A stretch of DNA of 63,907 nt, the filler included, from Rhizaria sp. SCN 62-66 (taxonomy: Eukaryota): NCBI GenBank assembly GCA_001724265.1. It is 6 parts of 6 records of this genome, joined end to end, with 100 filler letters (N's around TTAATTAATTAA, not from the genome) between each part and the next. Parts side by side here need not be neighbours in the genome. Positions count along the whole stretch, not along the records: positions 13,214 to 24,570 come from MEDY01000547.1; positions 24,671 to 35,776 come from MEDY01000549.1; 4 more parts are not named here. One strand, 5' to 3'. Below are positions 19,201 through 32,100 of the stretch, piece after piece. Position 1 is the stretch's first letter, and every line of letters begins with the position of its first letter. The translations under genes were made by a program, and so were the position numbers. Under the pieces are notes generated by a model. The model had not been told where the DNA came from, did not search any database, and worked only from the letters and a program-made list of their open reading frames with translations.

Positions 19201-22200
19201 AACACATGGCGTCATCGAACGGATAGTACCTGGCGTCAGTCACACCAAAATTCACGCTAGCTGACGTGAACACGCCGAGTCGCTGTCCTGCAGCCAGATG
19301 AAGCGCACTTTCTCCGTTAGAAATGGTAAGATCAGGGCATGATTCCGTGACGGGAGCTGTGTAAAAGCTAAAAATAACTGCATCAGCCGGTGCTGAGCGG
19401 TACACGAATAGCGTTAAGGAAAGCTTCAAGTAGCGCGCCGCGGCCGTTGTCGCGCCTTGTTCCAAGACACGATTGGAAGAGATCCAATGATAGTAAAACG
19501 TGGGCGTGGTCGAAAGGCGCAGCACCATCTCATCCGTAAGCGTTGTGACATCACTTGATAGGAGATGAAGAGCGACAACAGTGCGTAGCAGAACGTAGGG
19601 GTCACTCTCAGTAACGCGTGACTCCACGTTGTTGTAGGCCACAGTCATACCCGTAACGGTACACTTGAGCACTGTAGAAACACCTTGAGTGATTGTCTTA
19701 GTGGGAGTGAATAAGATCTGTGTTGCAGTTGGGATGCCTGACAACGCACAATCGCCGGAGAGCATAGCTTCAGTAAAAATAAGCGAATCCGTGGCAGATA
19801 CAAGCGACATGATACTAGTCGACGTCAAGAATCCTGCACTTGCAATTGTAAACGTGCCAGATACCGTTGTTATCACCTGAAATGGATCGGCTGCGGGTGT
19901 GATGTCAAACGCAGTTGCGGTGTAGGCCATGTTGATGTAGGGGATATGACCCAGTGGAACATCATACAGCGGGTAGACCGTCATTGGCGTGGCTGTCACA
20001 AGCCCAAAGCACTGGCTTGGGAGCGTTTCGTTTCCGTAAAAGGGTGAGTGTTCGGCATCCTCAAAGAAGAATGCAGTCGCAATTAAGTAGGACAAATACT
20101 TTGGCTGCGCTTGCGGCAGGCAGCTTGCGTTAACTGACACTGACGTGATAGGAGACGGAGCGCACACACCAGCAAGATTCTGATATGTCACAGCCTTGCC
20201 CGTGCCTTGATAAACACCACAGTCGCTGCGCACTGTGACCGTGCTTGTATCAACAACATTTGTGAGTGGGAAAATGTACAGCTGCAAAGTCGCAGTCAAG
20301 TCACTGTTCATCCAGTCGCGATCTGTCAGCAACACATGTAGTGCAAACGGTGACGTAGTTATGTACGCGAGATCCAACGTATCCGCATTAAAAGCGTTGA
20401 TAGTTGCACTGTTATTACCACCACGCACGTACGTGTATGTCATAGTAAACGCAAAATCTGCCTTTGAAAATGACGTCGTTTCGTAAGCGACAGCAAATGT
20501 GGAGCGAAAGGAAATTGACATCCTCGCAGCTCCCGTTGCTTCACACGTGACATTTCCGGCTGCTAGTGACAAACATGGGCCGTCATTTGCTGTTGGGATG
20601 CCAACGTGCGCAGTCGATTTTTTGTATGTGTACTCAATAGTGCACGTGGCGACAGATTTGAAAAAGAAAACCTTGAAGAGGTATGTCTGGTGCGTGACCG
20701 CAGTGACGGTTGGAGTCGACGACTCTGGATCTACAACATTGGCAGAAACGACATCCTTTGTCCACAGCATTGGCACTACACTTGGCGGCGACGAGGCCTC
20801 GCCGATAAACTCATGCGTGATGTCGGTGTTCTGCTGCGGCACGTCTACAAGCGAGTCTCCGTATCGCATAACCGCCACAGCAGAGGAGTTGGTCGAGAGA
20901 AGCTCCTGGTAAGCAGCGTAAGTCATGTGCAAGTCGCCAAAGCGGATGGCGAGCGGCGCAAACATGTTCGAAGCCAGCGCATCCACCGTACCGCAAGACG
21001 AGAACGCCAGTGTAGTTGTGTTCGTCACTGTGGGCGTGCACGTTAGAGATGCGAGGCCCGCAGTCTCGGTCAAATAGACAGTCACAGAGCTGGCGGTGAA
21101 ATCTACCTGTGTCGCCAATGGGGCGAGCAGCGTGACCGAAAAGGACCAATCCGCGGTTTGCGCTGAGTGAAAATATAGCACAAGCTCGAAATCAACGTCA
21201 ATAAGGGCGTTGCCTTGTACTGCTTCGTGTGTGGCCTCAGCCGTGTCAGCCAACGCAGCTGCGACGGGGTAAAACGCGAAGTCAAATTGCCGTGTGAAGG
21301 GCGTCAACGCCGCTGTGGCGCCGCATGCGCGCGCCATGGAGCCCATAGTGCTTATCACAATAAGACATTCTGCGATCGGAAACGGGTAATACGCGGCATT
21401 GGTGACATCGAAAAGGACCGTGAGCGGCGCGTCCGCCTTAGTGACGCGGTACGGTGATGCAACCGATAGTAAGCGAGAGGGGGTTTCGACGGTCAACCCC
21501 GCACAAGTCGGCTTAACCTTAACGGACTGTTGGATTGCGGTGTCCGCCGGAGTAACGGAGTACACGTACACATCGAGCGACACCCGCAGCAGGCGGGCGG
21601 ACTCAAGCGCGCCGCGAGTCACCACGCGGTCGACTGGAACGAAGTTGAACCAGTACTGCGGCGTGTCAGCCGGCCGCAGTGTAATTTGCTCGCTCGCAGC
21701 AATGCCCGCGTCGCTACCGGGGAGCAGCACCTGGACCGCGGCGGCCGTGAGCACGTACGGGTCGCTCGCGCTCGCGCGGCCCGCGGCGTTGTCGAAGGGC
21801 ACGGTGATGCCGGTGACGGCGCACACGAGCAGCTCCTGCGCACCGGCAGAGTACGCGCGCACTGTGCGGATTTGCAGCTGGCCGGTCGAGCGGGCGTAGA
21901 GCGTGCAGTCCTGGCCGGCGGCAATCGCAGCCTTGGTGAAGGTGACTGACGTGAGCAAGGTCGATATTGTGATGAAGCCCTCCACAGGCACGTCGTCGCC
22001 GATCAGGAGGTTGAAGCTTCCAGCAGCCGTCGAAACTGGAGTGTCCGCGTTCGCGGCGGACGCAGAGAGCACGAGGGACGTGGGGGTGTAAGACCACGAC
22101 GTTGACGGAGTGAGCACGTTTGGGTCACTAGCTTCAAGCGCAGCAAAGTTGGAGGCAGAAGGTGAGAGCGGAGAGTGTGCGTCTGAGATGATGCTTGAAG

Positions 22201-22423
22201 CTGATACAAGCATAGCCGCAAAAGCGGGCGCTTGGGTTGCCGTGGGTTGGCCAAAGACTATGCGCGTGTTGGTCGTCCCTGGAGCGTTAGGAACAAACTC
22301 CGGCGAGGGAGAACTTGGAACGCCGATGACTGCAGCCGAGATCAGAAGTGGAAAGAGTGCTGGAATCGACGAAGATACGATTATAAATAACACGAGACAT
22401 AGTAAACTGTCTCTCCATGGCAT
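13214..22423 (-). CDS. Giant (>3000 aa, 3'-truncated) secreted/surface Ser/Thr-rich protein with a ~720-aa internal duplication; in-frame TAG at 18263-18265 and 14024-14026; probable intron 13357-13264
   Basis: N-terminal signal peptide (MPWRDSLLCLVLFIIVSSSIPALFPLLISA). ORFs 18263..22423, 14024..18262 and 13166..13963 share one frame and are separated only by TAG. Internal repeat homology runs across the first TAG. Confidence 0.8.
13321..13358. repeat. (CCCTAATAA)4 / (TTATTAGGG)4 telomere-like repeat
   Basis: Four perfect 9-mers read directly; resembles TnAGGG-type telomeric motifs. Confidence 0.85.
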
Positions 22424-22944
22424 GTGGCCTGGCGCGACCCTCCGGGTTCCGCTATCTGATACGTTCTGCGTGCGCTGGGCGATGAGCGAGGAGGACTGGA
22501 AGGCTCGAATGTGCTTCGAACTGGCCCAGACAAGGAGAAAGGAGCTAAGATGGCCTACATAGAGCAGGAGAAAGATGATTGAAGATGAAGTGAGATCTTA
22601 CAGATAGGAGTCAACAATTAAGCTCCCAATATTGAGTTGAATTCTGTGTTGAGCAACTTAGCATGACGGTGTGACTTGATGTTATTGCGATTGGATGAAG
22701 GGCGGAGGTTTTTTTTTTGTTTAAAAAAAAATATGTTTTCTTCAAACTCCGATAAATCCCTGCCATCCTCGAAAAACTAATCGAGTTTTGTTGGCATATT
22801 TTCGCCGTAACTGTAGAACCAAAAATATAGTGGGTATATGATGTAATATATTGGGATATTGAAATATAACTCTCGAAAACTTCGTGTTGCCACTTGACTG
22901 TGCTTCCGTGAGGTCGTCTGTTTCCCCGACCACAGCGTAGCAGC

Positions 22945-24249
22945 ATGAGCCACAAGCCAACGCCGACCTCACAGGGTGGCCCTGCTTCCAGCCACAACAA
23001 CATCGCCCTCGCCGCGACTCGCTACTGCGCCGTCAACGCCAGTAGCGACGGCTCCACAGCCAGTCCCCCAACACTGTATGCCAATACTAACGCGCCCTCA
23101 TGCTTTGCGCGAGGAGCGTCTTCGGTTGCGCGCTTCGCCTCCTCCGTGGGCTCGTGGCTCTTTCACGATGCACCAGCGGCCCCCGATTCGAGCTCTAGTG
23201 CGACAGCGACAGCTTCAAGTGACAGCGACGCAACCACGCATGGCTCATCCTCTGCGGGTAGGTGTTCCACGGCCGGTGCTGTGGGCACCACAGCTGCTAC
23301 TGATGTCGCCATCGCTGTCCCTGATGGCGCCACCGCTGCCACCGATGTCTCCGCTGCCGCTGCTGTGAAGACCGCTGCCGACGCAATCGCAGTTGCCGCC
23401 GCCAAGGCCGCGTCTGACGCAAAGGCCGCGGCCGTTGCCGCTGCCTCGACTGTTGCCGCTGACGCCGCTGCTGCAAAGGCTGCGAAGGCTGCGAACGCCG
23501 CTGCTGCTGACGTCGCCGCCTGCGTTGTTGTCGCTAAAGCCGCAAACGACGCCATCGCCCGGGTCGTTGCTGACTATACCGAGCACGTGCCTCGTGCTCC
23601 CGCCGCTGCTGCCGCTTATAACGCCGTTGGCGCTGAAGTCAGCGAAGGTAGCGACGACGACAACAAAGACCACGAGGACGACGGCGATGATGACGACGAT
23701 ACTATTAAGTGCAGTAATGACATCCTCGACTACGATGGCTCTGAGCGGAGCGAATACAGTGAAAAAAGCCTGGTTAGTGAGGATGACGACGACGCCGGCT
23801 CTGAGCGCAGTGAGTCCAGAGGTGGTGAGTGCATGAGTGAGTCTAGTGACGGCATCGCCACCGAGATAACAACGACACTGTGAGCGGCGACAACGACAAC
23901 GACGATAGCGTCAGCTCTGTGGCAGCAGCAGCAACAGCAGCAGCAGCGGCAACGGCGACCACGGCAACGAGCGGCTGCGCAGAACAGCTTTGCCCGGCGC
24001 AACATCCGCATCCGCCTCTACGGCGACATGTGGCCCCCGCTCGCCGCACACGGCACAGTGTCTGCAGTCGCATCCTTGCTTGTGCCTTCAGGCTCGCCCG
24101 CGCCCACGCCCACGCTTGTGCCCGCGCCCACACGTGCGCCCGCCTTTGTGCCTGCTCCGGCGCCAGCGCAGAAGGTGGCACTGTGCAAAAACAAGCATGT
24201 GATATTGGGCCATGCTGTCCCTCAGAGCGCGCATCGAGTAGAGTCATAA
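22945..24249 (+). pseudogene. Ala-rich/acidic low-complexity gene with an apparently disrupted 3' half
   Basis: A 312-aa ORF stops at TGA 23881-23883. The D/N-rich text continues in another frame from ~23865, and a Pro-Ala-rich segment resumes in the original frame to TAA 24249. Confidence 0.4.
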
Positions 24250-24260
24250 AGCAACATGTT

Positions 24261-24569
24261 TCACCTCGACCTAAAAATTGAGAAGATAATGAATGAGTGC
24301 GTCGAAGTGCCGTCACTCTTACTGCACTTGCCCGCCTTACAGTGCTTCTCAAGCCATTGAAGCACCGTGGAGTCAAACGGCTTGCTTCCGCTGTCGTGCG
24401 TCGCCGGCTCCTTCCCGGGCATGCACGACGTCACGCGGCCAACGGGCACAGCGCCGCGCAGCAGGCTTGCTGGACACGGCTTGAAGACGATAAACCACGG
24501 GGTATCGTAGGTGCCCGCGTTATTTGTCAACTCCCTGGAAACAGCAGCACGGGGATACATCAGCACCGT
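24261..24569 (-). CDS. C-terminal fragment of an unknown multicopy family (GTYDTPWFIVFKPC motif)
   Basis: Open from the contig edge to TGA; clearly paralogous to 24673..24927. Confidence 0.65.
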   Translation of the reverse strand, partial: TVLMYPRAAVSRELTNNAGTYDTPWFIVFKPCPASLLRGAVPVGRVTSCMPGKEPATHDSGSKPFDSTVLQWLEKHCKAGKCSKSDGTSTHSFIIFSIFRSR

Positions 24570-24570
24570 A

Positions 24571-24670
24571 NNNNNNNNNNNNNNNNNNNNNNNNNNNNNN
24601 NNNNNNNNNNNNNNTTAATTAATTAANNNNNNNNNNNNNNNNNNNNNNNNNNNNNNNNNNNNNNNNNNNN
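24571..24670. other. Artificial contig linker
   Basis: 44N-TTAATTAATTAA-44N. Confidence 0.98.
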
Positions 24671-24672
24671 GT

Positions 24673-24927
24673 GGTTTCGGGACATATGACTCCCCATGGT
24701 TTATCGTGTTTAAGCCTTGCGCTGCGACTTTGCTGCGCGGCGCGGTGCCAGTCGGGCGTGTGATGTCGTGTGTGACGGGGGGAACTGCGTCAACAAGCGA
24801 TAATAGTGCGCAGCCATTTGATGCACATGTGTTGCAGTGCTTTGAAACAAATGCCAGTCCGCAGACAGGCCAGCCGTGCAAATCTAACACTTCGTACATG
24901 TTTTTTGCTTCGTTCAGGCCTGTATGA
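24673..24927 (+). CDS. C-terminal fragment of the same unknown family (GTYDSPWFIVFKPC motif)
   Basis: Open from the contig edge to TGA; shares LLRGAVPVGRVxSC, PFDxxVLQxxE and a terminal FxxFR with the other copy. Confidence 0.65.
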   Translation, partial: GFGTYDSPWFIVFKPCAATLLRGAVPVGRVMSCVTGGTASTSDNSAQPFDAHVLQCFETNASPQTGQPCKSNTSYMFFASFRPV

Positions 24928-26117
24928 GACACTGACGCGCGTGAGCTTATGAAACCTTACACAACTTCAACGTCAGCATATCTTAAACCAATATAATATA
25001 TTTTAAAGACCACAAAGAACGATCATAGATCACACCCGAAACAGGGATACAACATAATCTTGTGCTAAACTAGAGGTGAGGTTCAGTCATGATCATTAGC
25101 AGCGCACGATGATCTTCTGGACACTTAGGGAGTTTGGGAAGTGGAAAAGGCAATGGAACTCGAGTACGCGTACAGACTTGCAATGTTAACTTTAAGCTTT
25201 ACGAATTTGTATTTTGCAGTATCACGAACCCGAATAATGGGGTCGAAGGAGAAGAGTACTATGATCTTGCTTCCTCACCACAAACGAATCGCGTTGCTGC
25301 GAGTGGGATATGAACGTTATTTCAAATGCAGCTATCGCATGTTTTTAACGGAGAGTGGATGCTAATAAACGTATGCAACATCGCGTTACCTGGAAATATG
25401 TGATATTTACGTGTCAAAGATATTGTATTTATGACATACCCATACGATTTGATTTGAACCAGTCTCATCCATTGTATCCAATGGTGTTGTCGGTGCGACA
25501 CCTGGGTTCCTCATGTCATCCCAGGTTTTTACATGTAATTTGCAAGCTGCGCTGATAGAATTCTTATGACACCTGTAAAATCACTCTTGCACGCGAGTCT
25601 TGACCAAACCAAAACAGTTTCGAGTTTGCTACGCACGTGTGTACTCAGAGAAAGGATGCTATTGATATGCAGGCTGGGCCTGCTCCTGAACCTCTGTTGC
25701 ATGGACCAGATGTTGATTTTTGACGTCATTTTACGAATTTCCATTGCAACATAAACTATTTTTAAACTCACTCCTAAGTCAGCAGCCTCCTCGTCGGCGG
25801 TGGAAATCAGCCTAAGCAACGATTAATTATTTTTCAAGTTGCGGGCGAGCGAAGGCATGACATGTATCATGATGTAGCTCACGATTCCGCCATTGAAGTG
25901 ACCTTAAAAAGAAACAATTAACATATAAACATCCGAATGTAATGTATTTTTCAAACATTACTCACTGCCTCGACTAATTTCTCCCCAACGATACCCTGGA
26001 CTTACGCAGGCAACCAGCACTCTGCTCTCGAGCCACACCGACACCTAAACTCGCCTTCCAGCGCGTCTCCTGTTCATCGCGTTAAGGTACATTGCCGCAG
26101 GCAATTGAAGGCCGCGT

Positions 26118-29100
26118 ATGTACGGTCTCCCTGCTTTTCAAGTTGAGTCGTCGTCGCGTTCGCGCTCCCGCAGCGTCAAATCGCGTAACGAGCCCCCGCC
26201 CTCGCTCTTTGTCCATACTGGCCCTAACGGCACCAATGGCACTCCGGCACCGCAGTTCGACAACGCCTAGCATAGCGCCGACGCGTTGACTGAAGCCCGC
26301 CGCGCGCGCCGTGCTGCCGCGGTGCTGGTCCGCAACGAGCTGCTGACGAGCACGACGAGTGACAGCAGCCCCCACAGCCGCAGTCGCCGCCGCAGCTCGC
26401 TTTCCCTTCACAGGGAAGCAACGAACGCCGGCGGTAGTCGCGGCGGTCGTCTCAGCAGCAGTAGCGGCGTGCGCCCGGGCTATAGTGGCGTCGTGAACGG
26501 CACTGATGTCAACGCTACCGCAGGCAAGTCTCGTTCGCGCTCGCACTCGCGCCCTCGCGCGCTGCTCTCAACCTTGCAGCAACAAGCACAACCAAAGCAG
26601 CCGCCGCAGCTGGCACTCGCACCTACCGTGTATCCCTTCGCGTTTCCCCCTTACACTTACCCTGGAGCTTACCCGTACCCATCGCCTGTCTCGTACCCTG
26701 GGACTTACATCTCGTCTAAGAGCAGCTCTTCCAAGTCACGGAGCAAAGGCGGCGTCGCCGCTGCAACGGCGGCGCAGCCCCCACTGGCTGCAGAGGTCAT
26801 TCTCAGCGCGCTCGCGCAGTCCGCCGTTGCGTCACTCGCCGCGGCCGCCGCCGCCACTGACAGAAGCCGTAAAGGCAGAAAGCACAGCCACTCTGCGGTT
26901 GAGACCGCTCACAAGAGTAAAAACAACAACGACAGCAAGCGCAGGAGCAGGAGCAAGAGCAAGCATCACTCTAGCGAGACTGCGACTGAAACCGGGACTG
27001 AGACCGGGACTGGGACGGGGACGGACACGGCCGCGGAGGCTGCGGCCGCTGCTGAGGCCAAGGTGAGGGCGAAGAGTCGCGCTCGTTCACAGTCGCGGTT
27101 GGAGCCACCGCGTAGAGGTGACCGTGGGCAGCGGAATCATGACCGTGGGCAGCGGCTGGGTGACCGTGAGCACTACGTGCACCAAGGGCACAATGTTGGC
27201 AACAGCTCTGGCCACAACAGCTACCACTATGATAGCAATCAGCAGCTGATGCAGCAGCAGCAGCAGTTCTACCCGGCTGGCGCAAGTGCTGACGCGTCGT
27301 ACAGTGCAACACGTGCAGCTCTCAGCAACGCTGCTGGCCTGCCGTTGTTTTCGTACTTTACGCCGCCACCCGCGGCCCATGGTCACTATGCTGCCCACGG
27401 TCTCCCGAGCGTTACAGGTGCTCCCAGTCACTTCAGCAACATGCCGGAGTTTACGACTCGTCCAAGCACGACTGCTGCTCACAGTCATCCGAACACGGTT
27501 GCGCCCAGCTACTATCCAGGGCTGCTTGCTCACAGCCACTCGAAGAAGTCAGCTCATAGTCGTATTGCTCCGCCAAACTACGATGCGCTAGTCGCTGCCG
27601 GGATTGCCGGTGGCCACCCTGCCGCTACCGCTTCGCAGCGCGCACAGTATCGACAGCAACAGCTACAACAACAGCAAGAGCAGCTGAAACAGCAGCGTCA
27701 GTATCAACAGCTACAACCTCAGTTTGCGTACGGCTCGCACAATGACCATAGGTACGCAGTCAACAGCGGCACAGTCGGCGTTCCGCTGCAGTGGAGCGCA
27801 GGCAGCGCTTTAAGTGCCGGCACCGCTTCCACAACCTCCGTCTCGACAAACAGCGATAACCGCCTCAATATCAGCGGACACTCTAGCAACATGAGCAACA
27901 TCTACATTAGCAGCCGTCGCAGTCGCCACAGTCTCTCCCCAACAGCCGCCGGGGCTCCTGGCTACAGCAGCGCTAACCACAGTGTGTATGGCAGCAACTT
28001 TCTCGCTAGCGAGAATGTCAACGCCGGCTTCGGTGCGAGTGTCGCGAACTCCGGTGCGAGTGTCGCCAATGGCGGCGACAGTGGTGGCGTCAGCAACCCT
28101 GTGTTTGCGACCCCGCCCAACGAACTCGCCGGCTCTGGCGCTGCCGACTGGGCAGGTGGCGCTGGCTCCAGCGCCAGCGCCAACGGCAGCGGGCAGCAGG
28201 ACGCGTACTTCAAGTCTGAAAAGGCGCGTCTCCGAGACCATGAGCGCGAGCTTAGGCGTCGCAACCATGACCGTGACCGTGAGCAGCCTCTAGGTGACCG
28301 TGAGCAGTCGCTGGGTGACCGCGAGCATCGCGCCCGTCGGCGCCGCATCCACTCCGACAGCCACAGCCGCAAGCACAGTCGCGGCCACGGCAACACCGGT
28401 GCAAGCGCCAGTGCTGGTCAGACCGCGAGTGCGACAACAGAGCCCAACGGCTTTTTCGCGCAGCACGACGTGCAGCTGCCGCCTCTGCTGGCCGCCGCGG
28501 CCGCCCGCAACCGCGCCGCCGCGGCCGCCAACGCGGCGCGCCTGCAGCAACTCACGCAGGCTTACGAAGCGCGGCTGCAGCAGCAGCGCGCGGAGGCGGC
28601 CGAGGACCCCGCGATTGCGGGGATGGAGCGGCGGCGCGCGGAACGCGAGCAGCAGCGCGCGCTGCGCAGGCAGCAGGAGCGCCGCAGTCAAGACGCAGTA
28701 CACACGCAGCAGGGCCACGCTATTGCAGGCACCGGCACTGGCTTTGGCGCTGCTGGCGGCACTGGCGCTGATGCTGGCGCTTTGTCTCGCGCTGAGGCTC
28801 TGAGTGCAGTTCGCGCTGGAGCTGAGCAGTACGAGCTGTACTTGCAACAACAGCAGCAACAGCAACAACAGCTGGAGCAACACGTGCGTACTCCTGTTCG
28901 CGCACGTGACGTCGGTGTCGCAGCGAGCGTGGTTGGCAGCTCCAAGCTGTCCCAGGCAATCGCGCTAAGGACCTCGCACGCCCAGTCACGGGCGCCGCCG
29001 TTCGCGCAGACCGGTATGACCGCGATCGACGTGGACACTTCTGCTCCGGCAGCTGTACCTCTTGCTTCTGCGCTGGTGACCCGTGACCAGGCGGACGAGC

Positions 29101-32100
29101 TGGATGCGGAGCCCGCGACTCCGCCGCCGCCGTGGCCAGTAATCATCGTCTCCAGCCTGCAGCACGAGATTCCCCTCGACGACGCTGCGCCGCCTCTTGC
29201 GCCCGCGGACGGCGCTGATAGCACAGGCCGCAGTGGTGACGACACGGCCGCTGCAGACGCAGTGCGTACTGACGCGGGCGCGAACGCTGCAGCTAACGGC
29301 TTCGCCAGTGCAAGTCCCGGTGGAGGCCTCAGCAGCGCGCACGCGTCGGTACTCGTGCGTGCCCATCACGCGTTACTGCATCAACAGCAGCAGCAGGCCA
29401 CAGCGGCTCAGCTGTCTCGCGCTCACTCAGGCGCCCACGGCCAGCTGGCTGCTCACAGTCATCAAGCGATGCCGGGAGACTTACACTCGGCGCAATTGCA
29501 CCCTTACATTGTCACAACCAATACCAACGCTAAACCTAACACCAGCAGCTCGGGGGTTGTAACTATTCCAGTGCCGCTTATGCTGCCGCTGCCGCCCTTT
29601 GCCGCCGCACGGCCGGGGACGCCGCCCGCACTGCGCCCTTTGACCGGCCGCGCGCTGCTCAGTAACGCCGTAAGCGCCGATATCAACAGTCACATCCACG
29701 GTGTTAGTGGTGCAAGCGTTGATGCAAGCGGCGGGCACAGTCATAGCGGCTATGGCGGCTCGGTCACCAGCGCGAGCGCGAGCCCGATGACAATCATGGT
29801 GATCCCGGAGTCGCTGCCCGTCGCGGTCGAGCTGCCGATCACGACGACCACGAACAGCTCCGACTACAGCTCCGACCCCAACGCCGACGCTGGCAGTGGC
29901 GACTCGGGGGTGAGCACAAGCGCTGCCACGGAGACAAACACCGATGTGAACAGCAGCGCGAGTCGTGATCACGCTGCTGACGCAACCACAGACAGCAGCG
30001 GTTACAGCGCAGGCGCTGGTCACAGTGTCATTGACGGTCAGAACATCAGCTTCGTCACCACAATCCCCGACAACGTGAGCGCAAGCACAGGCGCGCGAAC
30101 CGTGGCGAACACAACGAACAACGCGTCCTTCCTTTCCTCGACTTCAGCGTCGTCGTCGGCGTTGTCATCGGCCTCGTTTGTGTCGTCCGTGTCAGCGTCC
30201 TCGTCCACATCAGCGTATCCCTCGTCGCTATCCGCATCCTCATCGTCAAACGACAGCAGCACTCACGGCGGCACCCACACGAACAGCGCAGCCCGACCGA
30301 CCGTGCCCGGCTTCGTCGTGGTGACCGCGGCCGAGGCCCGCGCGGCCCGTGTCGCGGCCACCGTCGCCGCCCGCGCGCGCGCTTTGCTACAGCTGAGTCC
30401 CGGCACGCTGGCGACCGCGCTGCCGGAGTGGCCGGAGCAGTTCCCCGCCGCGCTCGCGCAGTATATGCTCGACTTTGCACCGGACGGCGGCAGTGAGGAC
30501 GCCGCGGTTGGCAGTGCGAGTGCGAGAGCTAGTGCAAATGCGAGTGTACCTGCGGGCGCAATCAATGCCATTGCTGACGGCGAGGAAGGGAGCACGCGCG
30601 TGAACCTCCATAACATTGCTGCTGGAGGATCTCTCAGTAGCGGCAACAGCAATAGCACTAGCTCTGCGAGTGAGGCTGCAACACGCGCTCTCGCCAGCGC
30701 TCTTGGTGACGAGGCATCACAGACACGCTTAGACGTGTCGTTCGCCTCAGGGGGCTCGTTTCACACTGACAACAGCAGCACCAGCATTGCAAGCGGCAAC
30801 GAGGATGCGCGCACCCGCGCTGTCACTCCCCAGGGTGGTGCCACAGACGATGCACTTGAAGACTTTAACGACACGTCGCTACTGCGCCTCACGGGTTCCG
30901 AACTCCTCGGCCGCGTGTTCGCGCAGTTCGAGGCGCTGGTGCGAGATAAAGTCGTCAATGAAGTCCAGGACTCGCTGAACAGCATGACTGTGGAGTACGA
31001 GAACACCATCACAGAGCTCAAGGAACAGCTCGCACATACCGCTGCTGCAGCTGCATATGACGCTGATACCGGTGCCGCTGCCGTGGGTGGCTCTGGCGGT
31101 CGTCGGACCAGTGCTGGCAGCAACAGCGTCGGTTTACTGCTGCTGCAGTGTCTCAGCGCCGTGCTGCCTGAGCTGCGCAAGGCGCACGTCCGCAGCAGCA
31201 CCACCGATCGCAAGAGCGGTCGCCAGAGTCAGCGTCGCAATACCCGCCTTAATCGCCAGGGTGTCGACAGCGACGACGATGGTAGCGACTCCGCAAGCGT
31301 CCTTTCTGATGACAACGTGCGTGTCTTAGAGAGCAACATCCTGCGCTTGCTCTCTCGCCCAAGCTACCGCAGCACGCCAACCTCCCTCACCAGCCGCCCA
31401 ATGACAGACGCCGACGCAGCCCCGCATCACGCGTGGTCGCAGCTCACCTCCGCGCTTGCCGCGGCCGAGTCCACCCCCGACCTCGGCTCTGCGCACGCCG
31501 ACGCCGCGGTGGCGGAGGTCGCCCACCGCGTCCCCGCCGCGCAGGCCGCGCTCGACGCGATGCGCAGCGACGGGCCCGGCGACCTGCCCGCGGGCCGCGG
31601 CGCCGCGGCCGCCGTGGAGGCCGCGCTCGCGGACTGGGTGCTGCCGCCGCCGCTGGTGCTCGCTGCGGCCGCACTTGTCGCCAGTGAGCTGTCGCGCAGT
31701 CACGGCGAAGCTGGCGGCGACGGCCGCAGTGCGAGCGCCAGCCAGAGTGCTCGTGGTGCGGCTCACTGGGGACTGGGTCCGGCGGATCTGCTGGCGCAAG
31801 TGCTGCTGCGGCTCGTTGTCGACAAGCTTAACACTGATATCAGCCGCCGCAATGATCGCGGGGATGACAGTCAACAAGAGCCGATTGAGCTGAAGAGTCG
31901 AGGGTTGGGTTGCAGCCGCTGCTGCGCCAGCAACTACAGTGAAGCTGTTCACGACGACTGTGACTGTGAGGAGCGCGTGAGGGGTGTTACGAGCCTCGTC
32001 GCGACTATCGCCCACACCGGCAGCATCGCGACTGCAAGCCCGGCTGCCGCTGCTGAAGGTCTCGGCGTCAGTTTGAGCGATTTGCCGCTGCACACTGTTG

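Noticed and set aside
23881-23883. In-frame TGA as selenocysteine or UGA read-through
   Set aside because: The acidic text continues more naturally in a shifted frame from ~23865, and TGA ends many genes here; gene decay or an indel is simpler
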